Positions 1 to 9,100 of a stretch of DNA of 32,000 nt are shown piece by piece. Each line of letters opens with the position of its first letter. Position 1 is the first letter of the stretch. The position numbers and the translations under genes are program-made. The stretch is from Candidatus Nitrospira inopinata. GTDB lineage: Bacteria; Nitrospirota; Nitrospiria; Nitrospirales; Nitrospiraceae. Location: NCBI RefSeq assembly GCF_001458695.1, contig NZ_LN885086.1, positions 2,250,001 to 2,282,000 on the forward strand, read 5' to 3'. Below the pieces are notes generated by a model. It worked only from the letters and a program-made list of their open reading frames with translations. It did not search any database and was not told the DNA's origin.

Positions 1-752
1 CGCTGGAGGATGTCTCCCGTCCGAATGCCGATTTTCTCATAAAAACTGGCGGGAGCCATGTAGTCGATCCGAAACCCGTTGATGGCGCCGTTGACCATGT
101 AGGGAACCGCGCGGGCCTGGGTCAGAAGTTTGGGCAAATCGCTCATGGCGTGATCCACTTCCCGTCGGTCGATGACTTTTTTCATCGACGAGGTCGGCAG
201 GGCCGCGGCCGGGGGAGGAGACATTACGCCGGGATTTGAGACAAGCGGTTGTTCCGACAAGGTCAATTCCACTAGTTCCTCAAGATTTCCCTGTCGAACC
301 ACGATGCCGTTCCGCCGAATGTCTGCAACCTCTCCGACGTCGGGAATATAATCGTGAAGCCGATACAGCGTCTGGTTCTTGGAAGCCCGTTCCTCCACAA
401 TGGCGAAGACTCCTTCTCGGTCTCCCATTACGACTCCGATCAGGCTTATCTTTGCGGCTGCCCCCAATGAAGCCCGAACCGGCGTGGAGGGCGATCCATC
501 TGAGTTCTCTTGCTCCTGTCTGGAGGGCAAGGCAAACAAACCACTGGATCGAACGTCGTCAGCGTAACGTGTCGGGGAATAAGACGCCGTCACCCCGACT
601 CCTGACCCATTGGGCGGTTGGGATACGGCGGCCGCAAGGGGAGCAACCTGTAATGCGTCGGCCACGAACGCATTGATCGAGTGAGCGGCCAGAAGACCAC
701 CCCCGACGATGCAAATCAACATACCGATCGGTCGCAAGGACTGACTGTGCAT
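1..752 (-). CDS. Type II secretion protein C (GspC)-like protein with PDZ domain; C-terminus lies beyond the window edge
   Basis: This ORF is absent from the track because it has no stop inside the window. Hand translation of the minus strand from ATG 752 (an in-frame stop lies just upstream at 759-761) gives MHSQSLRPIGMLICIVGGGLLAAHS, an N-terminal TM helix. It continues with ISLIGVVMGDREGVFAIVEE...LYRLHDYIPDVGEVADIRRNGIVVRQG, which is GspC HR-like. It then reaches GFRIDYMAPASFYEKIGIRTGDILQ, the start of a PDZ domain. There are no stops through position 1. Confidence 0.55.
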   Translation of the reverse strand, partial: MHSQSLRPIGMLICIVGGGLLAAHSINAFVADALQVAPLAAAVSQPPNGSGVGVTASYSPTRYADDVRSSGLFALPSRQEQENSDGSPSTPVRASLGAAAKISLIGVVMGDREGVFAIVEERASKNQTLYRLHDYIPDVGEVADIRRNGIVVRQGNLEELVELTLSEQPLVSNPGVMSPPPAAALPTSSMKKVIDRREVDHAMSDLPKLLTQARAVPYMVNGAINGFRIDYMAPASFYEKIGIRTGDILQ

Positions 753-982
753 GCGTGTTCAACGGATCGTATTTTGAACGAAGCTTATAGTACCTGCTCA
801 TGGTGTCTTATGCAAATGGGAGGCGATTTGACGCCCTTGGCGGATAGCGGGGGGTGATTGATTGACCGTGCCGTCTTCAAATAATCGTCATCGTTCGTTA
901 AACATTTGTTGCCGTCCGGCAATGAAACGGAAATCTGATGAAAGCCAGAGTCTCGGAGGCTCCTTTGCCAGCGTGATCCGAG

Positions 983-1010
983 ATTGATGCTGTTCCATTG
1001 ATGCTGTTCC
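983..1010. repeat. Perfect tandem direct repeat, 2 x 14 bp (ATTGATGCTGTTCC)
   Basis: Read directly: 983-996 and 997-1010 are identical. It lies in the 440 bp divergent intergenic region between the GspC-like gene and the TPR gene. Confidence 0.95.
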
Positions 1011-1167
1011 AAAGTGGTCGGGGATTGCCAAGAACTGTGTCGGTCGTCTTTGTGTATAAGAATTCTCCATGCGGAAATGAGGGAAGAAGAAATCTAGAAC
1101 GAATTGATTTCTAAAATGATTCTGCTCGTTCATACCGGGAGATTCTAAAAGCCGGCCTCGTTTTGAC

Positions 1168-1183
1168 TGGCATGAATTCTGCT
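1168..1183 (+). promoter_or_regulatory. Candidate sigma-54 (-24/-12) promoter
   Basis: The sequence TGGCAT-GAATT-CTGC matches the consensus TGGCAC-N5-TTGC. GG sits at 1169-1170 and GC at 1181-1182, which is the exact 12-nt register. It lies directly upstream of the TPR ORF. This is a motif match only. Confidence 0.3.
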
Positions 1184-1193
1184 CGATCTTAAA

Positions 1194-1748
1194 ATGCACA
1201 AGAGTCATGAGAAGAAACGTTCTTTATGGCATGGACTTATTAGGATGATAGAGGCACAAAGGCCGGGCGAAACAGGACAAGCGGGTGTTTCAGCGGCGGA
1301 GCGGTACGAACGGGGGCTGGCGCTGAAAAATGCCGGATTGTATAAGGCGGCGATCGATCAGTTCGAGCTGGCCGTGGCCGATCCCGGTTTTGCGGTCAAG
1401 GCCTATGCGCAAATCGGGCTGTGTTTAAAGGTCAACGGTATGTGCGAAGAGGCGGTGGCGGCCTTCCGCAAGGCCCTTGCCTGTTCGACCGGCTCTCCCA
1501 AAGAAACCGTTCAGGTACTGTATCTCTTGGGCCGGACCCTCGAGTTCTTGGGGAGAATGGAAGAAACCCTCGAGGCCTATCGCTGGATCAGGCGGGAGGA
1601 TCCCGGCTACCGCGACGTGGCCGCTCGCATCGAACAGTTGAGTGCTCGACGACCAAGTCCGTCCGGCAGAAAAGGTCGAGCGGACGAAACCGGTCCAACG
1701 GGTGGTTTCTTGAACATTCGACAAACGCTGCTTGGAACTTCCAAATAA
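1194..1748 (+). CDS. TPR-repeat protein
   Basis: Track ORF of 184 aa. TPR-like helical repeats are visible: YERGLALKNAGLYKAAIDQFELAV, AYAQIGLCLKVNGMCEEAVAAFRKAL and YLLGRTLEFLGRMEETLEAYRWI. Third codon positions are GC-rich. The start is uncertain; an alternative ATG is at 1245. Confidence 0.6.
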   Translation: MHKSHEKKRSLWHGLIRMIEAQRPGETGQAGVSAAERYERGLALKNAGLYKAAIDQFELAVADPGFAVKAYAQIGLCLKVNGMCEEAVAAFRKALACSTGSPKETVQVLYLLGRTLEFLGRMEETLEAYRWIRREDPGYRDVAARIEQLSARRPSPSGRKGRADETGPTGGFLNIRQTLLGTSK

Positions 1749-1898
1749 GGTGTGATCACCGGCTCTTCACGGCTCGAAGCGCGCCGGCCGATTGCCGAGC
1801 CATGTTCCAACCCCTGCCATGTCGCCCTCTTCCCTGACCGACGGTGATTCAGATACACTGCGCTCGCCATAGGGGATAACTGCCGGAGGGGACGATCG

Positions 1899-2408
1899 AT
1901 GGACTGTCTATTGATCCGTCATGGAATTGCCGTGAGCCCTGAAGAATGGGAAGGGGGTGAAGACAAGCGTCCGTTGACCCCGAAGGGGAAAAAGCGAGTG
2001 CTCAGAGCCGCCGCCGGTCTCGCGGCTCTGGATTGCAAACCGTCTCACCTGATCAGCAGTCCGTTCGTTCGGGCCCATGATACGGCGAAGCTGATACGAT
2101 CCGTCTTATGCCCCTCTATGAAAGTGGAAACGCGCGAGGAACTGACGCCGGGCTCGATGCCGGAGCGGATCGTCGCGCTCTTGTCGTCGCTGCAATCGGC
2201 CTCGACCGTGATCTGCGTGGGGCACGAGCCGCTGCTCGGCGAAACGGCCGCTCTCTTGTTGTGCGGGAAAGTAACCAAAAGCTTTCCCCTAAAGAAAGCC
2301 GGGGCCGCGTTGATTCATCTGCCGGACAGTGTCAAGCCGGGCCAGGGGGTGCTTCGCTGGTGGCTTGAGCCGATGCACTTGCGGACGTTGGGAGGGAGCG
2401 AGCCGTAG
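1899..2408 (+). CDS. sixA: Phosphohistidine phosphatase SixA (histidine phosphatase superfamily)
   Basis: The N-terminal RHG motif (LLIRHGIA), SSPFVRAHDTA and the downstream GHEP histidine are the SixA-type signature at ~170 aa. A GGAGGGG Shine-Dalgarno sits 6 nt upstream of the ATG. Confidence 0.75.
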   Translation: MDCLLIRHGIAVSPEEWEGGEDKRPLTPKGKKRVLRAAAGLAALDCKPSHLISSPFVRAHDTAKLIRSVLCPSMKVETREELTPGSMPERIVALLSSLQSASTVICVGHEPLLGETAALLLCGKVTKSFPLKKAGAALIHLPDSVKPGQGVLRWWLEPMHLRTLGGSEP

Positions 2409-2431
2409 GGCGATGAGATGAAGCTCGTCTG

Positions 2432-3154
2432 TTAGGCTCCGGTAGGCTGCAAGGTTGTCGTTCGTTTGGAATTCCGCAACACGGGCAGGATGTAGCTTCG
2501 CAGCTCTTCCTGGATCTCTTCGGGCGACTTTCTGGCGTCGACGACGTTAAAGCCGAACTCCTCCGCCATTTTGTCGAACTCTTCGATCATCAGGGACTGG
2601 TATTTTTTGAAACTGTCGTACAGATCGGCGCCGAGTCTCAAGTCCATACCGGATTCCCAGTAGTTCATGCCGGTGGTTTCGATCACCCGCAGCGCGAGGG
2701 TGTCGACGTCGATGCGAAGATAGCACACGAGGTCCGGAATCAGCGCGAACCCGAAGACGTCGCGAATCCATTTCCGGTCTCCGCTCCGCACGACGTCGCG
2801 CGCGAAAGCGGTATAGATGTACCGATCCGACAGCACGACGAAGCCGGACCGCAGCGCCGGGATGATCTGATGCTCCAGACGATCGGCGAAGTCGGTCGCA
2901 TAGAGCAGGCTGAGGGACCAGCGATCGAGGATGTTGCCCGCCTTGGCCGCTTCGATGGTCTTGGACATGAGGTTCGATCTTGTCCAGCCGGTCGTCACCA
3001 CGCCGTAGCCCTGCACCTCCAGCCATTCCTGCAGCATCTCGACGTGCGTCGACCGTCCGACGCCGTCCGTTCCTTCGATGGCGATGAGTTTCCCTTTCAG
3101 GTCACTCGGATCGAGGTACGTCAAACCGTCGCCAAAATAACGTGCGTCGCCCAT
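2432..3154 (-). CDS. Thymidylate kinase-like P-loop protein, paralog B (Walker A Lys replaced by Arg)
   Basis: KGKLIAIEGTDGVGRSTHVEML is a Tmk-type P-loop; the R is codon CGG, verified on the reverse complement. LSDRYIYTAFARD is a DRY-type motif. I chose ATG 3154, which has a GAGGAA SD 5 nt upstream, rather than the track TTG at 3196. The gene overlaps the 3' end of paralog A by 53 nt. Confidence 0.7.
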   Translation of the reverse strand: MGDARYFGDGLTYLDPSDLKGKLIAIEGTDGVGRSTHVEMLQEWLEVQGYGVVTTGWTRSNLMSKTIEAAKAGNILDRWSLSLLYATDFADRLEHQIIPALRSGFVVLSDRYIYTAFARDVVRSGDRKWIRDVFGFALIPDLVCYLRIDVDTLALRVIETTGMNYWESGMDLRLGADLYDSFKKYQSLMIEEFDKMAEEFGFNVVDARKSPEEIQEELRSYILPVLRNSKRTTTLQPTGA

Positions 3155-3851
3155 AGGTTCCTCGTCTGGGTTTATAGCCCCGCAGGGCGTCTTCAACCAG
3201 CGTTCTCATCCGTTCCTGTTGCGTCTCAATGTCTTCGGTCGCGTCCATGGTCAGCAGGCCGAACTCATCGACGATCTTGTCGTACTCGGCGAGGATGCGC
3301 GACTGAAACAATCTGAAGCTTTCCGTGATGTCCGGACTGAGGTTCAGATCCATGCCGGCCTCGTAATATTTGAACTGGCCGCGCGTCCCGTGCACAAGCC
3401 GGGAGATCGCCACCTCGATCGGGACGTTGTAATAAAAGGCCATGTCCGGCTTGATGGCGAACGCGTAGAGCTTTCTGATCCATTCCCTCGACACGCCTCG
3501 GACCACGTCTCGCGCGAACGCCGTATACATGTAGCGGTCGGCCAAGACGAGCATGCCGGCCTTCAGCGGAGGGAGAATGTGATGATAGAGCCGGCTCGCG
3601 AAATCCGCGGCGTGGAGCAGGCTGAACGTCGTCGGCGTGAGGCTCTTCGTCTTTTTGCCCCGCTTCGTCGTGTCCTTGACCAGATCAGACGAATTCCACT
3701 CGGTGAAAAACACCTTGTGGCCCTTCGCCTCGAGCCACTTGTGCAGGAGGAGTAACTGCGTGCTTTTCCCCGACCCATCGATACCCTCGACGATGATGAG
3801 TTTCCCGGGATAGGGGTGGGGGGAAGATTTCGCCTGCTCTTGCATCGTCAT
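3102..3851 (-). CDS. Thymidylate kinase-like P-loop protein, paralog A
   Basis: PGKLIIVEGIDGSGKSTQLLLL is a canonical Tmk Walker A, and LADRYMYTAFARDVV follows. It is clearly paralogous to the downstream gene. Its ATG overlaps the ppx stop (ATGA at 3848-3851). Confidence 0.75.
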   Translation of the reverse strand: MTMQEQAKSSPHPYPGKLIIVEGIDGSGKSTQLLLLHKWLEAKGHKVFFTEWNSSDLVKDTTKRGKKTKSLTPTTFSLLHAADFASRLYHHILPPLKAGMLVLADRYMYTAFARDVVRGVSREWIRKLYAFAIKPDMAFYYNVPIEVAISRLVHGTRGQFKYYEAGMDLNLSPDITESFRLFQSRILAEYDKIVDEFGLLTMDATEDIETQQERMRTLVEDALRGYKPRRGTYGRRTLFWRRFDVPRSE

Positions 3852-5401
3852 CCGAGGGGCACTCCTTGCGGGACTTCAGAAAACCGGACGGGGCGACGGA
3901 AGACCTGTTCGAACAAATCGGAACGGTTCTTGGCCGCCCAGAGCTCCATTTCCGCGTCGCCCAAGATCGTGGCTTCAATCGACGCGGTTTTCCCGAGCTT
4001 GACGTTCAAAGTGTGAACAACAGAGAAATGGGTTCGATCGAGTCCGTCCGCGATGCGCAGCAAGGAGGACAGGATCTTCACCACGCGGCGCAGGGCGGGG
4101 GACAGGCTCTCGAATCCCTGGTGCTTGATGGAAGGCAGGGCGCGGCGGTGATAGCGGGCGACGTTGGCCATGACCTCGATTTCGGAGGCGGTAAATCCTT
4201 CCAGGTCGCTGTGTCTGATCAAATAATAGGCGTGCTTGTGATGTTGGCGCGCGTTGATCAGATAGCCGATATCGTGCAGCATGGCGGCGTACTCGAGCCA
4301 ATCGCGTTCCTGTTGCCCCAGCCGATGCCACGGTCGCGTTTGATCGAAGAGGCGAAGGGCCAGCGCCGCCACTTGAAGCGAATGAACCTCGGGCGCTCGA
4401 CAACGCCGGACCAGTCGCATCACGCTTCGGCGGCGGACGTCCGGGATCTCCCGCTCGGCTTCCAGCCCCTCACGATGGCGGACGATGAAATCGTAAATCA
4501 CGCCTTCGCGGATGGCCTTGTCGCACAGCGTCATTTCGTTCAGTCCCAGCAGTTCCATCAGGCATCGGAGCACGACGGCCGCCGGCAGCAGCGTGTCGGC
4601 GCGTTTGGGGTCCAGGCCTGGGAGCGCCAATCGCGCCCTCAGCGAAGACCGTGCTAATTCCGTTTCCAACGATCGCAGATCTTTGAGCGAGACCGTGGCG
4701 AGATTGTGCTGGGGCAGCGGCCGTCCGGTTTGTTTGAGGTGAATCACTTCGGCGAGATTGCCGGCCATGCCGGAGGTCGCCACCAGCCAATCAAATTGTT
4801 TGGTTGGAAACGTGTCGATCGCCGCCCGAATCTGATTCGTCACCGTCTCTTCGAGCACGCGCATCATGGGGGCGGGAGGGGGCGTTTTTGAAAGAAACTG
4901 ATCCGCTAATCGGATGGCGCCCAATTTGAGGCTTTTGGCGTGCAGCATTCTTTCTCGATTGCCCGCGATCAGCTCCACCGAGCCGCCTCCGACGTCGATG
5001 ATCAGCGCCGGCTTCTCCGGAAGAGCGATGCTGTTCTTGACTCCCAAGTAAATCAGCCTCGCCTCCTCCGTTCCGCTGATGACGCGGACGGTCAAGCCGG
5101 TATGTTCCTCGACCATGCTCACGAACTCGCCGCCGTTGCGCGCCTCGCGCACCGCGCTGGTCGCGACCGCCACCATCCGGTCGAATCCTTTGTTGCGGGC
5201 GAGGGTGACGAGCGTTTTGAGAATCGACAACGCCCGCGCCATCGCCTCGTCGGACAGTCGTCTCGCGGCGAAGGCGCCGTCGCCCAGGCGGGTGACGTCT
5301 TTAAAACGATCGAGGATTTTGTACCCGGCGTCCGGCAGGATTTCGGCCAGCACCATGTGGATGGAATTGGTCCCGATGTCGATGACGGCTAGTTTAGCCA
5401 C
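3848..5401 (-). CDS. ppx: Exopolyphosphatase / guanosine pentaphosphate phosphohydrolase (Ppx/GppA family) with C-terminal HD domain
   Basis: The N-terminus AVIDIGTNSIHMVLAEI and IIDVGGGSVEL are ASKHA/Ppx-GppA motifs. The C-terminal LHDIGYLINARQHHKHAYYLI is an HD domain. The product is 517 aa. The start codon is GTG. Confidence 0.9.
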   Translation of the reverse strand: MAKLAVIDIGTNSIHMVLAEILPDAGYKILDRFKDVTRLGDGAFAARRLSDEAMARALSILKTLVTLARNKGFDRMVAVATSAVREARNGGEFVSMVEEHTGLTVRVISGTEEARLIYLGVKNSIALPEKPALIIDVGGGSVELIAGNRERMLHAKSLKLGAIRLADQFLSKTPPPAPMMRVLEETVTNQIRAAIDTFPTKQFDWLVATSGMAGNLAEVIHLKQTGRPLPQHNLATVSLKDLRSLETELARSSLRARLALPGLDPKRADTLLPAAVVLRCLMELLGLNEMTLCDKAIREGVIYDFIVRHREGLEAEREIPDVRRRSVMRLVRRCRAPEVHSLQVAALALRLFDQTRPWHRLGQQERDWLEYAAMLHDIGYLINARQHHKHAYYLIRHSDLEGFTASEIEVMANVARYHRRALPSIKHQGFESLSPALRRVVKILSSLLRIADGLDRTHFSVVHTLNVKLGKTASIEATILGDAEMELWAAKNRSDLFEQVFRRPVRFSEVPQGVPLG

Positions 5402-5558
5402 TGAGGGAACAGCCTCTACGATGACGTCGGCACAACCGTGCCCGGACCATAAAGAACGGGCGCCCGCCTGTCAAGCACGGACACATTAAGGTTGTGTTAC
5501 AAGCGGGCGCACTCCGAGGAGACGGTTCGAGCGGATCGGCCGTGACCCGGCGAAGGCG

Positions 5559-6107
5559 CTAGTCCTTAACGACGAAGCGAACGCTCCGGTTTCTCTGCAT
5601 GCATTCGCTCGTGTGTTCAACACACAGGGGACGATCCTTCCCGTAGCTCGTGGTTTTGAGATCGACGGCCAGCCCCAATTCCTGGAGATAGTTTTTCACG
5701 CTTCTGGCCCTGCGCTCTCCCAAGACGAGATTATAGGCGGATGTTCCCACTTCGTCGCCACGGCCTTCGAGCACGACGTGGGCGACGCGGTCTTGTTTCA
5801 GCCGTTTGGCGTTCGAATCCAACGCGGTCAGCGCATCCGGTCGCAGGACGTCCCGATCAAAGTCGAAGAGAATGTCCAGCAGGGATTCGCGGGATGAGCC
5901 CGACGTACCTTCCCCCGCCAAGTCGCCCTGGCTTGCCTTGGCGGCCAGGCCGCGATCGACTTCTTTGATCGGCTGCTGTGCGATGCGCTCCGCGCGGCCC
6001 GCGCGGTCGGCGCCCTTTCCCGACCCTGATCGACTGGCGCAACCCGATGCGAACAGCATGGCGATGATCACCGTTCCGACTGTTCCGACGTATCCCGCGT
6101 GCCGCAT
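5559..6107 (-). CDS. pal: Peptidoglycan-associated lipoprotein (Pal / OmpA-family)
   Basis: A signal peptide with lipobox (LFASGCAS) is present. The OmpA_C motifs are ILFDFDRDVLRPDA, LEGRGDEVGTSAYNLVLGERRARSVKNYL, YGKDRP and NRSVRFV. A GGAGGGAGGG SD precedes the ATG. Confidence 0.85.
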   Translation of the reverse strand: MRHAGYVGTVGTVIIAMLFASGCASRSGSGKGADRAGRAERIAQQPIKEVDRGLAAKASQGDLAGEGTSGSSRESLLDILFDFDRDVLRPDALTALDSNAKRLKQDRVAHVVLEGRGDEVGTSAYNLVLGERRARSVKNYLQELGLAVDLKTTSYGKDRPLCVEHTSECMQRNRSVRFVVKD

Positions 6108-6140
6108 AAACCCTCCCTCCTCGTTAAAACGGCATGGTGT

Positions 6141-9100
6141 TTACTGGATGGACATGGATTTGAGCTGTTGATACACCGCTCGGCTGCCCGAGAACCGTTC
6201 CCACTTGAGTACCTCGAGAGAATCATCGACGTATTGCGGTGTTCGCATGCCGTTTAAGACGCACGTGACGCCCGGCGTGCCGGCCGTGATCCAGAGCGCC
6301 TTGCGCGAGAGAGATTCGGAGCGCCGACTCTCCGGTATCAATGGGTCGGTGGCCCGCGCGATTGCGGCGGCCCTCGATCGGCTTCGTTCGGTCGCCTCTT
6401 TGCGCAGGCCGCGCAAGAGAACGTTCAGTTCCTCCGCGTACCGATCACGCCACGACGTCCATCGTTCGGCGAAACTCTCCGCCACGCGCTGCGACACCAG
6501 TTGCACCGCTCGGTTGATTTGCGGAATGACGCCCTGCTGCTCAATCTGTTCCCACTCTTCCAGCCCGCGGATCAGCGGGCGCAGGCGCCGTAATTCCTGA
6601 GACCAATTAAACAAGTCCGCCGGCATCGCGCCTTGGCCGGTTGATTGGAGCAGCGGTGCAATCGAGTCGCGGTATTCTTGCTCGATTGTGCCGACAGCGT
6701 CAAGCCGTTGGTCCACGTCGACATCGGAGCCATGGAGGGGGAGGTCCGCCAATCGCACGAGGCCCCCCCGCGGAGTCGGCACGGCGTTAAGGGGACGGTT
6801 GACGAGCACGGCAAGGCCGGTCTCTTGAGCCAGTTCCAGGACTGTCTGCCCATTGGATGGGCCTGTATTTGGTGTCAGAGTTCCGCCGGACTCAAACAGG
6901 TTCATCGGGAATTGAATAACCCGAAAATGGTGCGTTCGGGAGCCGATCGAATGGGCCGCGGCCTGCGCGGCCTCCAGCAGGGAAGCCTGGGAGACTGCTT
7001 CAAGCTCATCGGGAGGGGATGTCAGCGTGTTCGAAGAAACCCCGTACCACTGGAGGCGGCCCGCCGCCACTTGTGATTCCAAATAAACGAAGGCCTGTTG
7101 AATCCGGCTGTAAAACGTCTTGCGCAGTGACGTCCGGTCACGTTCCCCTCGTCGCGCCGCGTCCAACAAAAAATATTCCGGATTGTGCAACAGACACACG
7201 TCCAAGGTGGACAAGCCCAGACGATCCAATGACAGAGTCAATTGATCGGCCAGGAATTCCGGATGGATCGAGTGCCAAATACCCTCGCCATATTTCACCA
7301 TGTCGGGGTAGGGACGGCCTGACCGCTCTCGGATCTCGGCGTATTTCAACGTGTGTCCTTGGACGTAGCCGATTTTGGAGGCGACGATCACTTCTTCCCG
7401 TCGCAAGTCTCCCGCCGCGATCAGCTCCGCCAGGACGGACCCCACCAGCCGTTCACTGTCACCGTCCATATAATTGGTCGAGGTGTCGATGAGATTGCAC
7501 GAGGTCCGCAAGGCCTTTTTGAGGGCTTCTCGATGGTCGGGTTCCTGGGTGTGAACCCGGTAGGTGCCGAATCCCAGGCGCGTCACCGTGAGTCCCGTGG
7601 CGCCGAAGGAAGTGAACCCATTGGCCAATGATGAGTCGCCGGTTCGCCCGACGACGCGAGCCGCGTATGACGCGGTCCCTTCGACGGTGGCGCAACCGGC
7701 CAGAGCGGCGGCCTTCAGGATTTTGGGTTCGCGGCTGTGTCGTTCGGTCGCGCCCCCGGACGACTCCACGGTATCGCGAACGTCGCGCGGATCCGTGATC
7801 GGTGCAAGACAACTGAAATAGCGGCAGACATAGAGGGCCGGTTTGCCGTCAACAAGACGCTTGCCCTGAAGCAGCGGTAACGAAGAGGTGGCGCCGGGAG
7901 CGAGTGTGGCGATGATGCGATTGGGGAGATAGATTTCGGCCACGGCTTGGCGAAGGGCGCGGAACCCTTCCTGGTGTTCTTCGCCGACAAACGCCAGCTC
8001 CACCGGTCCGTCGGTCAAAAAATCGACGACCGACAGGGTTTTGGCGAAGGCCTTGGGATAGCGGGAGATTTGCCGTCCGTAGGCGCGGATGGCCCCGACG
8101 GCCGCTTCGCGCCAGTCCTGCCGGTCGAAGTGAAACGACAGGCGGGCCAGGGCCGAGGCGGCGACCGCGTTGGCGCTGGGAGTCGCGCCGTCATGTCCTT
8201 CTCGGGTCCGAAGGATCAGAGATTCATGCTCCCTCGCCGTGGTAAAGAATCCGCCCTGCGTGTCGTCATGGAAATCCTCCAAAATAAAATCGGCCAACCG
8301 TGCCGCCGCTCGGAGATACCGAGCGTCGGCCCCCGCTTCATAAAGGTCGAGCAATCCTTCCGCCAGATAGGCATAGTCCTCCAGATAAGCGTTCAAATGC
8401 GCGCGCCCGGCCCGGGACGTTCGCAGGAGCCGGCCGTCCGGTTTGGTGTGGGTCCGAAGAAGAAAATCCGCCGCCCGCTCGGCCGCTTCCCGGTAACGGA
8501 GGTTTCCGAACACCCTGGCCGCCTCGGCGAAGGCCGAGAGCATCATTCCGTTCCAAGCGGTGATGACCTTGTCGTCCAGCGCCGGCGGGATGCGCCGTTG
8601 GCGGGCTTGATAAAGAACCGGCTTCACGCGAGCCGCCGTCTCCAGTAATTCATCCGGGGTCATGTTCAGCTGCTTGGCCACGTCTTCGATGGGGCGAAGG
8701 CGGTTGGGGATGCTCTTGTGTTCCCAGTTGCCCTCGTCGGTGATGTCGTAGAGGGCGCAGAATCGTGCGGCGTCCTCCCGGTCCGCGACCGCCGCGGAGA
8801 TCTCCGCCGGCGTCCAGACGAAGAATTTCCCTTCGACTCCCTCCGAATCGGCGTCGGTCGCGGAGTAAAAACCTCCTTCGGGATCGGTCATCTCTCGGAG
8901 GATGTAGTCAAGAACTTCCGCGGCCACTTGACGGTAGAGGGATTTGCGGGTCACCTGGTAAGCTTCGACATAGACCCGGGCGAGCAGCGCATTGTCGTAC
9001 AGCATCTTCTCGAAGTGCGGCACGAGCCACCGATTGTCGGTCGAATAACGGGCGAACCCTCCGCCGACGTGGTCGTAGATCCCTCCGGCCGCCATCATAT

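Noticed and set aside
236-676. A 146-aa plus-strand ORF, plus other small ORFs, at the left edge.
   Set aside because: They are antisense to the uninterrupted GspC-like frame (1-752, minus). That frame has a TM helix and PDZ motifs. The plus-strand product is Arg/Pro-rich with no motif.
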